Shown: positions 40,034-50,926 of the stretch, piece by piece
Position numbering within the stretch: the first letter of the stretch is position 1
Layout: the number at the start of each line of letters is the position of its first letter
Assembly (NCBI GenBank): GCA_038230295.1
Contig: JBBRNM010000001.1
Coordinates: forward strand, 27,745-91,744
Direction of reading: 5' to 3'
Source: Candidatus Limnocylindrales bacterium
GTDB taxonomy: Bacteria > Chloroflexota > Limnocylindria > Limnocylindrales > CSP1-4
Length of the DNA: 64,000 nucleotides
The notes under the pieces: model-generated
The model's database searches: none
Seen by the model: only the letters and a program-made list of their open reading frames with translations
What the model was told of the DNA's origin: nothing
Position numbers and translations under genes: made by a program

Positions 40034-41362
40034 TCACCCGAGCACGGCCGGCCGGTTGGATCCGGAAAGGTAGTGCTCGTGTCGCCGCAGGGCGATGAGT
40101 GGCACGACCGCGAGGCCGAGCAGCACCACCGACGCGATGAGCACGCCGTCGAGCCCGAACGCGTTCGCGGCGACGCCGGCGATCAGGCTCCCGACGATCT
40201 GGCCGACGCCGAGGAACACGCTGTAGAGGCCCATGATCGCGCCGCGGTCCTCCGGGTACGCCTCGGTCACATCGGCGAGAAGCCCGATCGCGGCGGGCGT
40301 GGCGCCGGCCAGGACGAAGACGCCGAGGACGACCGGGATCGCGAACACGAGCCGCAGAAGCTCGGGGACGCCGCCGCTGTGGTTCACGGCTACAGCCCCG
40401 ACCACGAGCAGGGCACCGCCGCCCAGGCCGTACAGGATGATCGTCGTCCGCCGGATCGCCTTGAACTTATTGCCCCAATAGATCAGCCCGGCGAAGAACA
40501 GAGCGCCGCCGACGGCGAGCCCGATGCTGATCTGGTACGACTCGAAGCCACCCATGAGGAGCTGGCCCGGGAAGCGCGGGTCCGGAGCGCGGACCATCTG
40601 GAAGATCGTCTGGGTCGTGTAGAGGCCGAGGACCGCGTTGATCGCGATCCAGGTGGGAGCGAGGAGCCACACGTGGGTCCCGGTGAGGATCCTCCAGTAG
40701 TACGCAAGCCCGGTTGGGGTGCCTTCCGGCGCGGCTCCGGCCTCGCCCTGCGGGAGGCGATCGAGCCGCTCGTCGACCCCGAATCGATAGATCGCCAGGG
40801 ACACCGCGTACAGGAGGCCGTTCACGAGGAACGCGCCTGGGCCCAGCAGCGGGAACAGGAGCCCGGCGACCACGAAGCCGCTGAGCAGGCCGGCCAGGGT
40901 GGCCGCCTCGAACCGGGCGACGGCCTTGCCCCGGAGGCCCTCGTCCGCGGCGGTCGCGGCGGCGATATAGCCGAGGATGGACGGGACGCTTGAGGCCGTC
41001 GCCGAGCCCTCGAGGATTCGGGTCGCGCCGATGATCGGCAGGTTCGTCGTCGCCCAGGTCGCGACCGCGGCGACCATGCCGAAGACCGGACCGAACTGCA
41101 TGACCCGGTGATGGCCGATCCGGTCGGAGAGGACGCCGAAGACCGGCGAGAACGTGAGCTCGGCCACGTAGAAGAGCGCGGTCACGACGCCGAACCCGAT
41201 CGGACCGACCACCTGGCCGGCCCCAAGGCCCAGGACCTGATCGAGGATCCCGTGGTGCTCGTGCAGCTTCGCAAGGTAATAGATCAGCATCGCCCCGGTC
41301 AGGCCCGTCGAGAACCGGAGCGTGAACGTCCCGAGCAGCACGGCCCACAGCGAGCGGTTCAT
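40034..41362 (-). CDS. MFS transporter
   Basis: Start taken at the internal M (MNRSLWAVLLG…). About 12 TM helices. Confidence 0.7.
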   Translation of the reverse strand: MNRSLWAVLLGTFTLRFSTGLTGAMLIYYLAKLHEHHGILDQVLGLGAGQVVGPIGFGVVTALFYVAELTFSPVFGVLSDRIGHHRVMQFGPVFGMVAAVATWATTNLPIIGATRILEGSATASSVPSILGYIAAATAADEGLRGKAVARFEAATLAGLLSGFVVAGLLFPLLGPGAFLVNGLLYAVSLAIYRFGVDERLDRLPQGEAGAAPEGTPTGLAYYWRILTGTHVWLLAPTWIAINAVLGLYTTQTIFQMVRAPDPRFPGQLLMGGFESYQISIGLAVGGALFFAGLIYWGNKFKAIRRTTIILYGLGGGALLVVGAVAVNHSGGVPELLRLVFAIPVVLGVFVLAGATPAAIGLLADVTEAYPEDRGAIMGLYSVFLGVGQIVGSLIAGVAANAFGLDGVLIASVVLLGLAVVPLIALRRHEHYLSGSNRPAVLG

Positions 41363-41487
41363 CGCCGCTAGGGTACCGGGCGGCTCTCGCGCCAGGCATG
41401 CCGAACCGTATGATCGAGGTCCCAATGGCGGGAGGCGCGGCGGCTCGGCCCAGAGCCGGCTCGGGCCTCACCGAGGAGGGCCAGCCC

Positions 41488-42339
41488 GTGAGCCGCGTCG
41501 CCATCGTCACCGACTCTGCGTCCGACCTCGATCCGAAGCTCGCCGCCGACCTCGGGATCGCCGTGGTCCCGCTCGCCGTGAGCTTCGGGCCCGAGCAGTT
41601 CAAAGCCGGCGTCGACCTCTCGACCGAGGCCTTCTGGGCCCGCATGACCGCGCCGGATGCCCCGTTCCCGAAGACGGCCGCGTCGAGCCCCGGCGACTTC
41701 CAGGCCGTCTACGAGCGGCTGTTCGCGGAGGGCGCCGACGCCATCGTCTCGATCCACGTCGCCGGCAGCCTCTCCGGCACGATCAAGAGTGCGGAGATCG
41801 CCAGGGGCATGCTCGCCGGCCGCGACATCGAGATCGTCGACTCGACGAGCGCCTCGATGGGTGAGGGGCTGCTGGCCGAGCTCGCGCTCGATCTCGCCGC
41901 GCGCGGCGTTTCCGCCGCCGAGATCGCCCGGATCCTCACGGACCGGGCGGCGGACCTGAACCTCTTCGTGGCCCTCGACACGCTCGAGTACCTCAAGCGG
42001 GGCGGCCGGATCTCGGGCACCCAGGCCGCGATCGGGACACTCCTGTCGGTCAAGCCGATCATCACGATCAAGGACGGGGCCGTCGAAACCACAGACCGGG
42101 TCCGGACCCGATCGAAGGCTCGCGAGCGCGTGATCGAGCTGCTCACCGCACGGCCGGTGGAGCGGTTGGCGATCCTCTCGACGCCGCCCTCGGAGCCGGA
42201 TTCATTCCGCGACGAGGTCATCGCGCGGATGCCCGACGGCGTCGATCCGGCGGCGGTGACGATCCAGGTCGTCGGTCCTTCGGTCGGCCCGCACCTCGGT
42301 CCGGGCTGCCTCGGCGGCGTGGTCCTGTATCGCCGCTGA
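41488..42339 (+). CDS. DegV-family (fatty-acid-binding) protein
   Basis: GTG start with a GAGGAGGG SD 8 nt upstream. …RVAIVTDSASDL… and overall DegV-like sequence. Confidence 0.75.
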   Translation: MSRVAIVTDSASDLDPKLAADLGIAVVPLAVSFGPEQFKAGVDLSTEAFWARMTAPDAPFPKTAASSPGDFQAVYERLFAEGADAIVSIHVAGSLSGTIKSAEIARGMLAGRDIEIVDSTSASMGEGLLAELALDLAARGVSAAEIARILTDRAADLNLFVALDTLEYLKRGGRISGTQAAIGTLLSVKPIITIKDGAVETTDRVRTRSKARERVIELLTARPVERLAILSTPPSEPDSFRDEVIARMPDGVDPAAVTIQVVGPSVGPHLGPGCLGGVVLYRR

Positions 42340-42465
42340 CGTTGCGGGAAGGTTGCGATCCGGCGTCGGTTTGGGGCCGAGCGGCCGGTCGCGCCGCTAT
42401 ACTCGACTGACTTCATGGACGTCCCCGTCCGCTCAGCCATGCCGTTCGGAGGATCACCGCCACCC

Positions 42466-43731
42466 ATGACCACCGATAACCTCGCCGCGGCCATCAACCC
42501 GTGGGCGGTCGCGCAGCAGCAGTTCGACCTTGCCGCCGAGCGGCTGCACCTGGACGACGGGATGCGTCGCGTCCTTCGCGAGCCCCGCCGCGAGCTGACG
42601 GTCCACTTCCCGGTGAAGATGGACGACGGCTCGGTCAAGGTCTTCACGGGCTACCGGGTCCAGCACAACCTGGGCCGCGGTCCCGCCAAGGGTGGCATCC
42701 GCTACCACCAGAACGTGTCCCTCGACGAGGTCAAGGCCCTCGCGATGTGGATGACCTGGAAGTGCGCGGTCGTCGGCATCCCTTTCGGCGGCGGCAAGGG
42801 CGGCGTCATCGTCGATCCCAAGAAGCTCTCCAAGAAGGAGCTCGAGGCGCTCACCCGGCGCTTCTTCACCGAGATCGAGGTCCTGGTCGGGCCCGAGAAG
42901 GACATTCCGGCGCCGGACGTCAACACGAACGCCCAGGTCATGGCCTGGATGATGGATACCTACTCGATGCACATGGGCTACACGGTGCCCGGCGTGGTCA
43001 CCGGCAAGCCGATCAGCCTCGGCGGCTCCGAGGGCCGCAACGAGGCCACGGCCCGCGGCACGGTCTACTGCATCATCGAAGCCGTCCGGCATCTCGGGAT
43101 CGAGCTGGACAAGTCGACGGTCGCGATCCAGGGCTTCGGCAATGCCGGGTCCATCGCCGCGACCCTCATCACCGCAGAAAAGGCCACCGTGGTCGCCGTG
43201 TCTGACTCGACCGGCGGCATCCACAACCCCAACGGCCTCGAGATCCCGAAGGTCATCGCCTGGAAGCAGGAGCACGGGACCGTCCAGGGCTTCCCCGGCT
43301 CGAAGGACATCAGCAACGCCGAGATCCTCGAGGTCGACTGCGACATCCTCATTCCGGCGGCCCTCGAGAACCAGATCACGGACCGCAACGCCCGCAACAT
43401 CAAGGCCCGCCTCATCGCCGAGGCGGCCAACGGACCCACGACCCCCGAGGCCGACGAGATCCTCTGGCAGGCCGGCAAGTTCATGATCCCGGACATCCTC
43501 TGCAATGCCGGCGGCGTGACGGTCTCCTACTTCGAATGGGTCCAGGACCTGAACCGCGACCACTGGAGCGAGACCGAGGTCAACGAGAAGCTCAAGGGGA
43601 TCATGGTCAAGGCGTTCCAGGAGACCCTGGCCATCGCTCGCCGCGAGCAGTGCTACATGCGGACCGCGGCGTATCTCCTCGCGGTCGAGCGAGTCGCCGA
43701 CGCCACCCAGATGCGGGGCCTCTACCCCTAG
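42466..43731 (+). CDS. gdh: NAD(P)-specific glutamate dehydrogenase (Glu/Leu/Phe/Val dehydrogenase family)
   Basis: Catalytic-lysine region KGGIRYH, a GFGNAGS Rossmann fold and overall GDH-like sequence. ATG with a GGAGG SD. Confidence 0.88.
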   Translation: MTTDNLAAAINPWAVAQQQFDLAAERLHLDDGMRRVLREPRRELTVHFPVKMDDGSVKVFTGYRVQHNLGRGPAKGGIRYHQNVSLDEVKALAMWMTWKCAVVGIPFGGGKGGVIVDPKKLSKKELEALTRRFFTEIEVLVGPEKDIPAPDVNTNAQVMAWMMDTYSMHMGYTVPGVVTGKPISLGGSEGRNEATARGTVYCIIEAVRHLGIELDKSTVAIQGFGNAGSIAATLITAEKATVVAVSDSTGGIHNPNGLEIPKVIAWKQEHGTVQGFPGSKDISNAEILEVDCDILIPAALENQITDRNARNIKARLIAEAANGPTTPEADEILWQAGKFMIPDILCNAGGVTVSYFEWVQDLNRDHWSETEVNEKLKGIMVKAFQETLAIARREQCYMRTAAYLLAVERVADATQMRGLYP

Positions 43732-43732
43732 G

Positions 43733-44326
43733 TCAACCCACTGGCCGCCACATCGCGGTCACCCGGGATTCGTCTCGGACCGCGCTGAACCCGCCATCCG
43801 CGACGAATCCGGCACGGGCATATCGATGGTCGTTCGCCGGATTCGTCGACTCGAGGTAGCAGGGCATGCCTTCCACGTCCCAGCGAGCGAGGTCCTCGGC
43901 GAGGAGCTGCTGGCCGCGGCCACGGCCGCGATGCTCGACGGCCGTGGCGAGCAGGCTCAGGTAGTAGTGGTCCGGTCGTCCTGCGCGGCTGGCCTCGAAG
44001 CGGGCATACAGCTCGTGCAGCGCGGTGAGCGCGACCGGGTCGAGCTCCTGAGCAATGAGGCGCTCGAGATCCTTCAGCTGCGCGGTCGACAGCTCGTCCT
44101 CTCCCGGTGGCAGCCAGATCGCCACGGCCGCACCGTCATCGGCGATGCGGGCCGTCCCGAACCGGAGCGCACCCTCGACGAACAGACGCCAATACGACGT
44201 CAGCGCGATCCGGGCGCCGTCGGTCCGTGAGAGCGCCGGACCCCAGACCGGATCGTCGGCAAACGCCAGCTCGATGATCGTCGTCACGGAGCCTGCGTCG
44301 GCCAACGTTGCGGCCCTGGATGGCAT
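43733..44326 (-). CDS. GNAT-family N-acetyltransferase
   Basis: C-terminal acetyl-CoA region …HRGRGRGQQLL… is present. Start taken at the internal M; the longer ORF has a Ser-rich junk-like N-terminus. Confidence 0.6.
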   Translation of the reverse strand: MPSRAATLADAGSVTTIIELAFADDPVWGPALSRTDGARIALTSYWRLFVEGALRFGTARIADDGAAVAIWLPPGEDELSTAQLKDLERLIAQELDPVALTALHELYARFEASRAGRPDHYYLSLLATAVEHRGRGRGQQLLAEDLARWDVEGMPCYLESTNPANDHRYARAGFVADGGFSAVRDESRVTAMWRPVG

Positions 44327-44390
44327 GGTGGAGACCGTACCGACCTCGATCGTGGCGGTCAACGCTGAGGCGGATGCTACGATCCGGCCC

Positions 44391-44996
44391 ATGCTCGACC
44401 ACGAAGAGAAGTTCCTGTTCAAGGAGGAGATCCTCGCCCTCGCGAGCTCGATGGGCGAGCCCGGGACGCTCGACAACGTCGAGGACCTCCTGACCGACGT
44501 CATCACCAGTCCGCGCTTCGACTCCGAGGTCTTCACGCTCGAGCGCAGCCTTCAGGTGATGCTCGGCGCGCGGCCCGGAACGACCCTCGTCGGGTTGCTG
44601 ACCGTTTCGCCGGAGGTCTTCGACGAGGTGGCCGAGGTCCGCATCCCGCCCGAGGTTCACGAGCGACTGGTCGCGTGGCGTGCCCGCTTCGGGCTCGCGA
44701 TCGACAACGCCCTGAACTTCCTCAACAACCCCGACGGGATCCAGGGCCACAACTTCGCGACGCAGATCGCGCACGTCGAGGAGCGCCGTGTCCTGCAGGG
44801 CCGCCTGACGCTCGTCCGCTACAACAACGAGCCGCAGTTCTTCGTCGCCGACGCCGCCGTGTTCCTGGGCCTCGTCGCCGACATCATGGATCGCCTCGGG
44901 CCGTACCTCGAGCCCGACGCGGTCGAGGCGGAGACCGTCACCCGACTCCGCGAGGGGATCGCCCTCATCGAGCGGAAGACCAGCGCGCGGACCTAG
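44391..44996 (+). CDS. hypothetical protein (202 aa), upstream partner of the DRTGG/P-loop protein
   Basis: Balanced composition. An alternative ATG at 44325 overlaps the GNAT start in a shared CATG. It ends 15 nt before the next gene. Confidence 0.5.
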   Translation: MLDHEEKFLFKEEILALASSMGEPGTLDNVEDLLTDVITSPRFDSEVFTLERSLQVMLGARPGTTLVGLLTVSPEVFDEVAEVRIPPEVHERLVAWRARFGLAIDNALNFLNNPDGIQGHNFATQIAHVEERRVLQGRLTLVRYNNEPQFFVADAAVFLGLVADIMDRLGPYLEPDAVEAETVTRLREGIALIERKTSART

Positions 44997-45011
44997 GCGG
45001 GCGAGCTGCCC

Positions 45012-46160
45012 ATGCGACAGCTGTACCTCGCGGCGACCGGCCAGAACCGGGGGAAGACGACCGCATCGCTGGGGCTCCTCGATGGGTTCCTGAAGCGTGG
45101 CCTGCATACCGGGTTCATGAAGCCCGTGGGGCAGCGAACGGTCATCGACCACGGCGAGCCGGCCGACGAGGACGCGGTCCTCATGCACGAGGTCTATGGC
45201 CTGACCGAGCCGTACTCGGCCATGAGCCCGGTCCACATTCCCCGGGGCTTCACGAAGTCATACATCGCGGGCGAGGTGGTCGAGGATCTCGGCGCCCGCA
45301 TCACGACCGCCCAGGCCACGTTCCGGGACCATGACGTCCTCCTCGTCGAGGGCACGGGTCACGCGGGAGTTGGCGCGGTCATCGGGCTGTCGAATGCCGT
45401 CGTTGCCGCGTCCCTCGGGGCGCCGGCGATCATCATCAGCGAGGGCGGCGTCGGTCGGCCGATCGACGAGATCGTGCTCAACGCCTCCCTGTTCACCCGC
45501 CACGGCGTGGCCGTCGCGGGGGCGATCGTGAACAAGGTCGATGTCGAGGCCCAGCCGGGCATCGAGGGCGTCCTCGCGCGGGGCCTGGCGCCGTACGACA
45601 TCCCGCTCCTGGGGATCCTCCCGCGACGCCAGATCCTCTCGAACCCGACGCTCGAGATGATCGTCGAGGGACTCAACGGTGAGCGGATCCACGACGGCCC
45701 CGACCTCGAGCGGGTCATTGACGGCGTCGCGATCGGGGCGATGCAGCCGGGCCACATGCTCGAGCGCGTGGGACCCGGGACCCTCGTGATCGTCCCCGGG
45801 GACCGCGAGGACATCATCCTGACCCTCACGACCGCCCACCTCGTCGGGACCCCGCACTTCGACCGTACCGGCCAGAACGAGCCGACCCTCGAGCTCGATC
45901 TCGGCCATGCCGGCGCCGCGATCGGCCTCGTTCTGACCGGCGGCTATCGGCCCCGGCCGGCCGTCCTCTCCGCGATCCGACGGGCCAACCTCTTCGCGAT
46001 CCTCGTTGGCCACGACACGTACACGGTGGCGTCGGGCGTCCACGACCTCCTCGTGAAGACCCACGCCGCGGACCGCGAGAAGATCGAGCTGATCAAGGAG
46101 CTCGTCGCCTCGAATTTGGACGTCGACCGGATCCTGGCCGTCGCAACCGAGGTCGCCTGA
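45012..46160 (+). CDS. P-loop (BioD/CobQ/Pta-N-like) plus DRTGG domain protein
   Basis: N-terminus MRQLYLAATGQNRGKTTASLGL gives the P-loop, and a DRTGG-like motif is present (…LVLTGGYRP…). It is 382 aa. Confidence 0.7.
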   Translation: MRQLYLAATGQNRGKTTASLGLLDGFLKRGLHTGFMKPVGQRTVIDHGEPADEDAVLMHEVYGLTEPYSAMSPVHIPRGFTKSYIAGEVVEDLGARITTAQATFRDHDVLLVEGTGHAGVGAVIGLSNAVVAASLGAPAIIISEGGVGRPIDEIVLNASLFTRHGVAVAGAIVNKVDVEAQPGIEGVLARGLAPYDIPLLGILPRRQILSNPTLEMIVEGLNGERIHDGPDLERVIDGVAIGAMQPGHMLERVGPGTLVIVPGDREDIILTLTTAHLVGTPHFDRTGQNEPTLELDLGHAGAAIGLVLTGGYRPRPAVLSAIRRANLFAILVGHDTYTVASGVHDLLVKTHAADREKIELIKELVASNLDVDRILAVATEVA

Positions 46161-46161
46161 A

Positions 46162-47013
46162 CTACGCGAGCGGCTCGTTGTCGATGAGCCGCGTCGTCCC
46201 GAAACGAACGGCGAGGGACAGGAGCGCCGGCCCATCGACGCGGTCGAGCTCCGTCAGGGTCGACGCGTCGGCGACGGCCACGTATTCGACGTTCGCCCGT
46301 GGCTCGGACGCGATGGTTTCTCGCATCGCGGCGCGGATCGCAGCGCCATCGCGCTCGCCGGCCTCCCAGCGGGAGCGGGCTGCGAGGAGCGCCCGCCGGA
46401 GCACCGGCGCCGCCGCTCGCTCCTCGGCCGAAAGGTGGACGTTCCGAGAGGAGAGTGCGAGTCCGTCGGGCTCGCGGACCGTCGGGCAGCCCACGACCTC
46501 GGTCGGAATCGCAAGATCGGCGGCCATGCGCCGGATCACGAGGACCTGCTGGGCGTCCTTCTGGCCGAAATACGCCCGCTCGGCGCCGACGAGATCGAAG
46601 AGGATCGCGACCACCGTCGCGACGCCGTCGAAGTGGCCGGGTCGTGCGGCGCCCTCGAGGACCTCGGCGAGCGCACCGACGGAGACCGTCGTGTCGGAGC
46701 CGGGCGGGTAGATCTCCTCGACGGACGGCGCGAAGACGATGTCGACGCCCTCGGCCTCGCAGATCGCGATGTCGCGGGCCTCGTTGCGAGGGTATTGATC
46801 GAGGTCGCTCGGGTCCCCGAACTGGCGCGGGTTGACGAAGATCGTGACGACGGTCGTGGCCGACTCGGCGCGGGCCTGGCGGATGAGCGCCCGATGCCCG
46901 TCGTGGAGCCAGCCCATCGTCGGCACGAGCCCGACCGGCCGGGCCGTCTGGGCCAGCTCGCGACGAAGCTCTTTGCGCGTGCGGAGAACCATCGTGCCGG
47001 CAACCTCAGTCAT
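46162..47013 (-). CDS. panC: pantoate--beta-alanine ligase
   Basis: …LVPTMGWLHDGH… HIGH-like motif and overall PanC sequence. Confidence 0.88.
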   Translation of the reverse strand: MTEVAGTMVLRTRKELRRELAQTARPVGLVPTMGWLHDGHRALIRQARAESATTVVTIFVNPRQFGDPSDLDQYPRNEARDIAICEAEGVDIVFAPSVEEIYPPGSDTTVSVGALAEVLEGAARPGHFDGVATVVAILFDLVGAERAYFGQKDAQQVLVIRRMAADLAIPTEVVGCPTVREPDGLALSSRNVHLSAEERAAAPVLRRALLAARSRWEAGERDGAAIRAAMRETIASEPRANVEYVAVADASTLTELDRVDGPALLSLAVRFGTTRLIDNEPLA

Positions 47014-47082
47014 CGGGCCGGCGTTCGCTCTCCGAGGTCCGAGGCGGAGCTCCGCGACGCCATCGGCCCGAGGATTCCAGTG

Positions 47083-48006
47083 TCAGAGGTCGCGGTCCAG
47101 CGGGATGCCGGCGGATGTCATGCGGCCTTCGGGCGTCGCCCGATCGTCGGGCGTGCGGCCAAGCGCCTCGTCGAGGATCGCGTCGTCCATCCGAACCGTC
47201 TGCTCGGGCCCGGGGAACCGGCCGGCGGCGACGTCGGCGGCCCAATCGCGCGCCGCCGTCGCGATCGCGCCCTGGACGTCGGCGTAGCGCTTCGCGTGCT
47301 TCGGCGAGAAGTCACCGAGGCCGATGAGGTCCGTCACGACCTGGACCTGGCCGGCACAGCCGACACCGGCCCCGATCCCGATCGTCGGGATCCGGAGGCG
47401 CGACGTGATGAGCGCGGCGAGCTGCTCCGGGACGAGCTCGAGGACGATCGCGAAGGCGCCCGCTTCCTGAATCGCGACGGCGTCCGCGAGCAGCGACCGC
47501 GCCGCGTCACGCGTCTTGCCCTGGACCCGAACCTTGCCGCCGAGGCTGTGCTGCGACTGGGGGGTCCAGCCGATGTGCCCCATCACGGGGATGCCGGCCT
47601 TGACCATCACCTCGACGATTCGGGCGCTGCGGACGCCGCCCTCGATCTTCACTGCCTGGGCGCCGGCATCGCGCATGAACCGGCCGGCATTCGAGAGCGC
47701 CTCCTCGGTCGTCGCGTAGGAGAGGAACGGCATGTCGCCGATCACGATCGCCCGCTGCGCACCACGGCAGACGGCCCGGGTGTGATGGAGCATCTCGTCC
47801 ATCGTGACGCTGACGGTCGTCTCGTAGCCGAGCATGACCTGGCCGACCGAATCGCCGACGAGCAACATCGGAATCCCCGCGTCGTCGAGGATGCGAGCGG
47901 TGGGGTAGTCGTACGCGGTCAGCATCGGGATGCGCTCGCCGTCCGCAAACATCCGACCGATGTCCGAGATCGTGACCCGTTTCACCGGGTCGCTGGATGC
48001 GCTCAC
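47083..48006 (-). CDS. panB: 3-methyl-2-oxobutanoate hydroxymethyltransferase
   Basis: …MLTAYDYPTARILDDAGIPMLLVGDS… and KIEGG motifs. Confidence 0.88.
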   Translation of the reverse strand: MSASSDPVKRVTISDIGRMFADGERIPMLTAYDYPTARILDDAGIPMLLVGDSVGQVMLGYETTVSVTMDEMLHHTRAVCRGAQRAIVIGDMPFLSYATTEEALSNAGRFMRDAGAQAVKIEGGVRSARIVEVMVKAGIPVMGHIGWTPQSQHSLGGKVRVQGKTRDAARSLLADAVAIQEAGAFAIVLELVPEQLAALITSRLRIPTIGIGAGVGCAGQVQVVTDLIGLGDFSPKHAKRYADVQGAIATAARDWAADVAAGRFPGPEQTVRMDDAILDEALGRTPDDRATPEGRMTSAGIPLDRDL

Positions 48007-48009
48007 TCG

Positions 48010-49370
<1,361 letters not shown>

Positions 49371-49374
<4 letters not shown>

Positions 49375-50183
49375 GGGAGGCCGAGCTCGAGGGGCTGGCC
49401 GCCCGCGACCTCGGCGTGGAGGATCGCGAGGCCCTTGAGGGTAAGGTCGGGATCGATCGCGTCGATGCCCTCCAGGGCCGCCGCCCAGGGTGCCGCGGAG
49501 AGCCCGCCCGTGAGGATGGCCTGGACGTCGGCCGGCGTGACCCCGCTGGCGTCGGACAGCTCGCGTCGGATGCGCGACAGCAGCCCGGTGACGAGGGCCT
49601 GGTAGCCGAAGATCGTGCCGCTCTGCATCGCCGAAACCGTATCGCGGCCAATGGCCCGGTCGGGCGTCCGCAGCTCGATCCGGGGCAGCTTCGCGGTTCG
49701 CGCAGCGAGCGCCTCCAGGCCCAGCTCCAGCCCCGGCGCGATCGCACCGCCGACATACGCGCCATCCGCGGCGACGCAGTCGAAGGTGGTCGCGGTTCCG
49801 AAGTCGACCACCACGGCCGGCGTCCCGTACAGGCGTCCCGCGGCCAGCGCATTCACGAGCCGGTCCGCGCCGACGTCACCCGGTCGGTCGGTCCGAACCG
49901 GCAGGGGGACCGTGCCCACTCCGGCGATCAGCAACGGCCGCTGCCGACGGTCGGCGACCGCCTCGAGGCTCGCGGTGAGAGCCGGGACGACCGAGGCGCA
50001 GGCGATCCCGGACACGTCGGCGAACGCGGCGTCATCGAGACGGAGGAGGCCCTCGAGCAGCAGCTCCAGCTCATCTGCAGTGGCGCCGGTGACCGTGGCG
50101 GCGCGGCGCGTCGCGATCAGGATGCCGTTCCGAAAGCATCCGATCGTGATGTTGGTGTTGCCGATATCGACCGCGAGGAGCAT
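49371..50183 (-). CDS. coaX: type III pantothenate kinase
   Basis: N-terminus MLLAVDIGNTNITIG…. It is 270 aa and overlaps coaBC by 4 nt. Confidence 0.88.
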
Positions 50184-50200
50184 GGCCCGATCATACGCGT

Positions 50201-50235
50201 GGGCATTCAGGGGTCTTCAGCGTCGGGTCTTCAGC
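50201..50235. promoter_or_regulatory. tandem direct repeats GGGCATTCAG / GGGTCTTCAGC-gtc-GGGTCTTCAGC in the divergent coaX / hypothetical intergenic region
   Basis: Seen directly. Two perfect 11-nt copies with a 14-nt period plus a degenerate upstream copy. The arrangement resembles a response-regulator or iteron-like site. Confidence 0.3.
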
Positions 50236-50302
50236 CGGCTGGCGGCGTGGAGTACCATCGCCGTCGTTCCGCCCGCCCCCGAGTGCCCCGGAGGAGGAGC
50301 CC

Positions 50303-50731
50303 GTGTCCATCAGCCCGCCGGCCAAGTTCTTCGTGAACCAGGGCGTGGTGACGACGCGCGAGGACATGCTCAACCTCCTGCGGCCGCTCCTCAAGCAGAC
50401 GGTGAGCTACCGCTACCTGCGCGGGCGCGAGATCGTGTCGCACGGGACCGGCTGGGTCGAGCGGATCGTCGTCGACCAGCCCGAGGTCTCGACGTATTTC
50501 ACCCCGATCGCGATCACCGTGAACGTCGACTCCTTCGAGCATCTCGATTTCACGACGCGGCCCGACCAGCTCCTCGTCTACACCCTCGTCCAGGGCGACG
50601 AATCCGTGATCGTTGAGTTCGCGCCCGGCGGCGACGGCGCGACCTCCCCGTTCGAGCCGCGGCAGCTCGCGTTCGACACGTCCGGCTTCGTGCAGATGGA
50701 GCTGCTGGCCCTCGACCAGGGCGACGAATAG
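50303..50731 (+). CDS. hypothetical protein (142 aa)
   Basis: GTG start with a strong GGAGGAGG SD. Coding-like composition and high GC3. Confidence 0.6.
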   Translation: MSISPPAKFFVNQGVVTTREDMLNLLRPLLKQTVSYRYLRGREIVSHGTGWVERIVVDQPEVSTYFTPIAITVNVDSFEHLDFTTRPDQLLVYTLVQGDESVIVEFAPGGDGATSPFEPRQLAFDTSGFVQMELLALDQGDE

Positions 50732-50926
50732 CCCGTTAACGGGGCAGAAAACGCTGCTGCCGTCGGACTACCATCGGCCGAGGCTCGGATCCGGCTGACG
50801 CATCCGAGATGAGGGAGAGGCGTGGCCCGCGTCCACCCTGGGCCGGCGCGCCTCGCGGAGGAGGGACTGGTTCGAGTGACGACTGCGGAGGCCGCTGAGC
50901 GGCCAGAACGTGGTGGGGGCGGCGGC

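Noticed and set aside
50732-50926. Possible purine riboswitch in the 195-nt leader of the AzgA-type purine permease
   Set aside because: Only a CGGACUACC segment resembles the aptamer 3' strand. The conserved UAUA junction, the P2/P3 hairpins and ACCGUAAAU are absent, so this is probably an ordinary 5' UTR. An Infernal scan would settle it.
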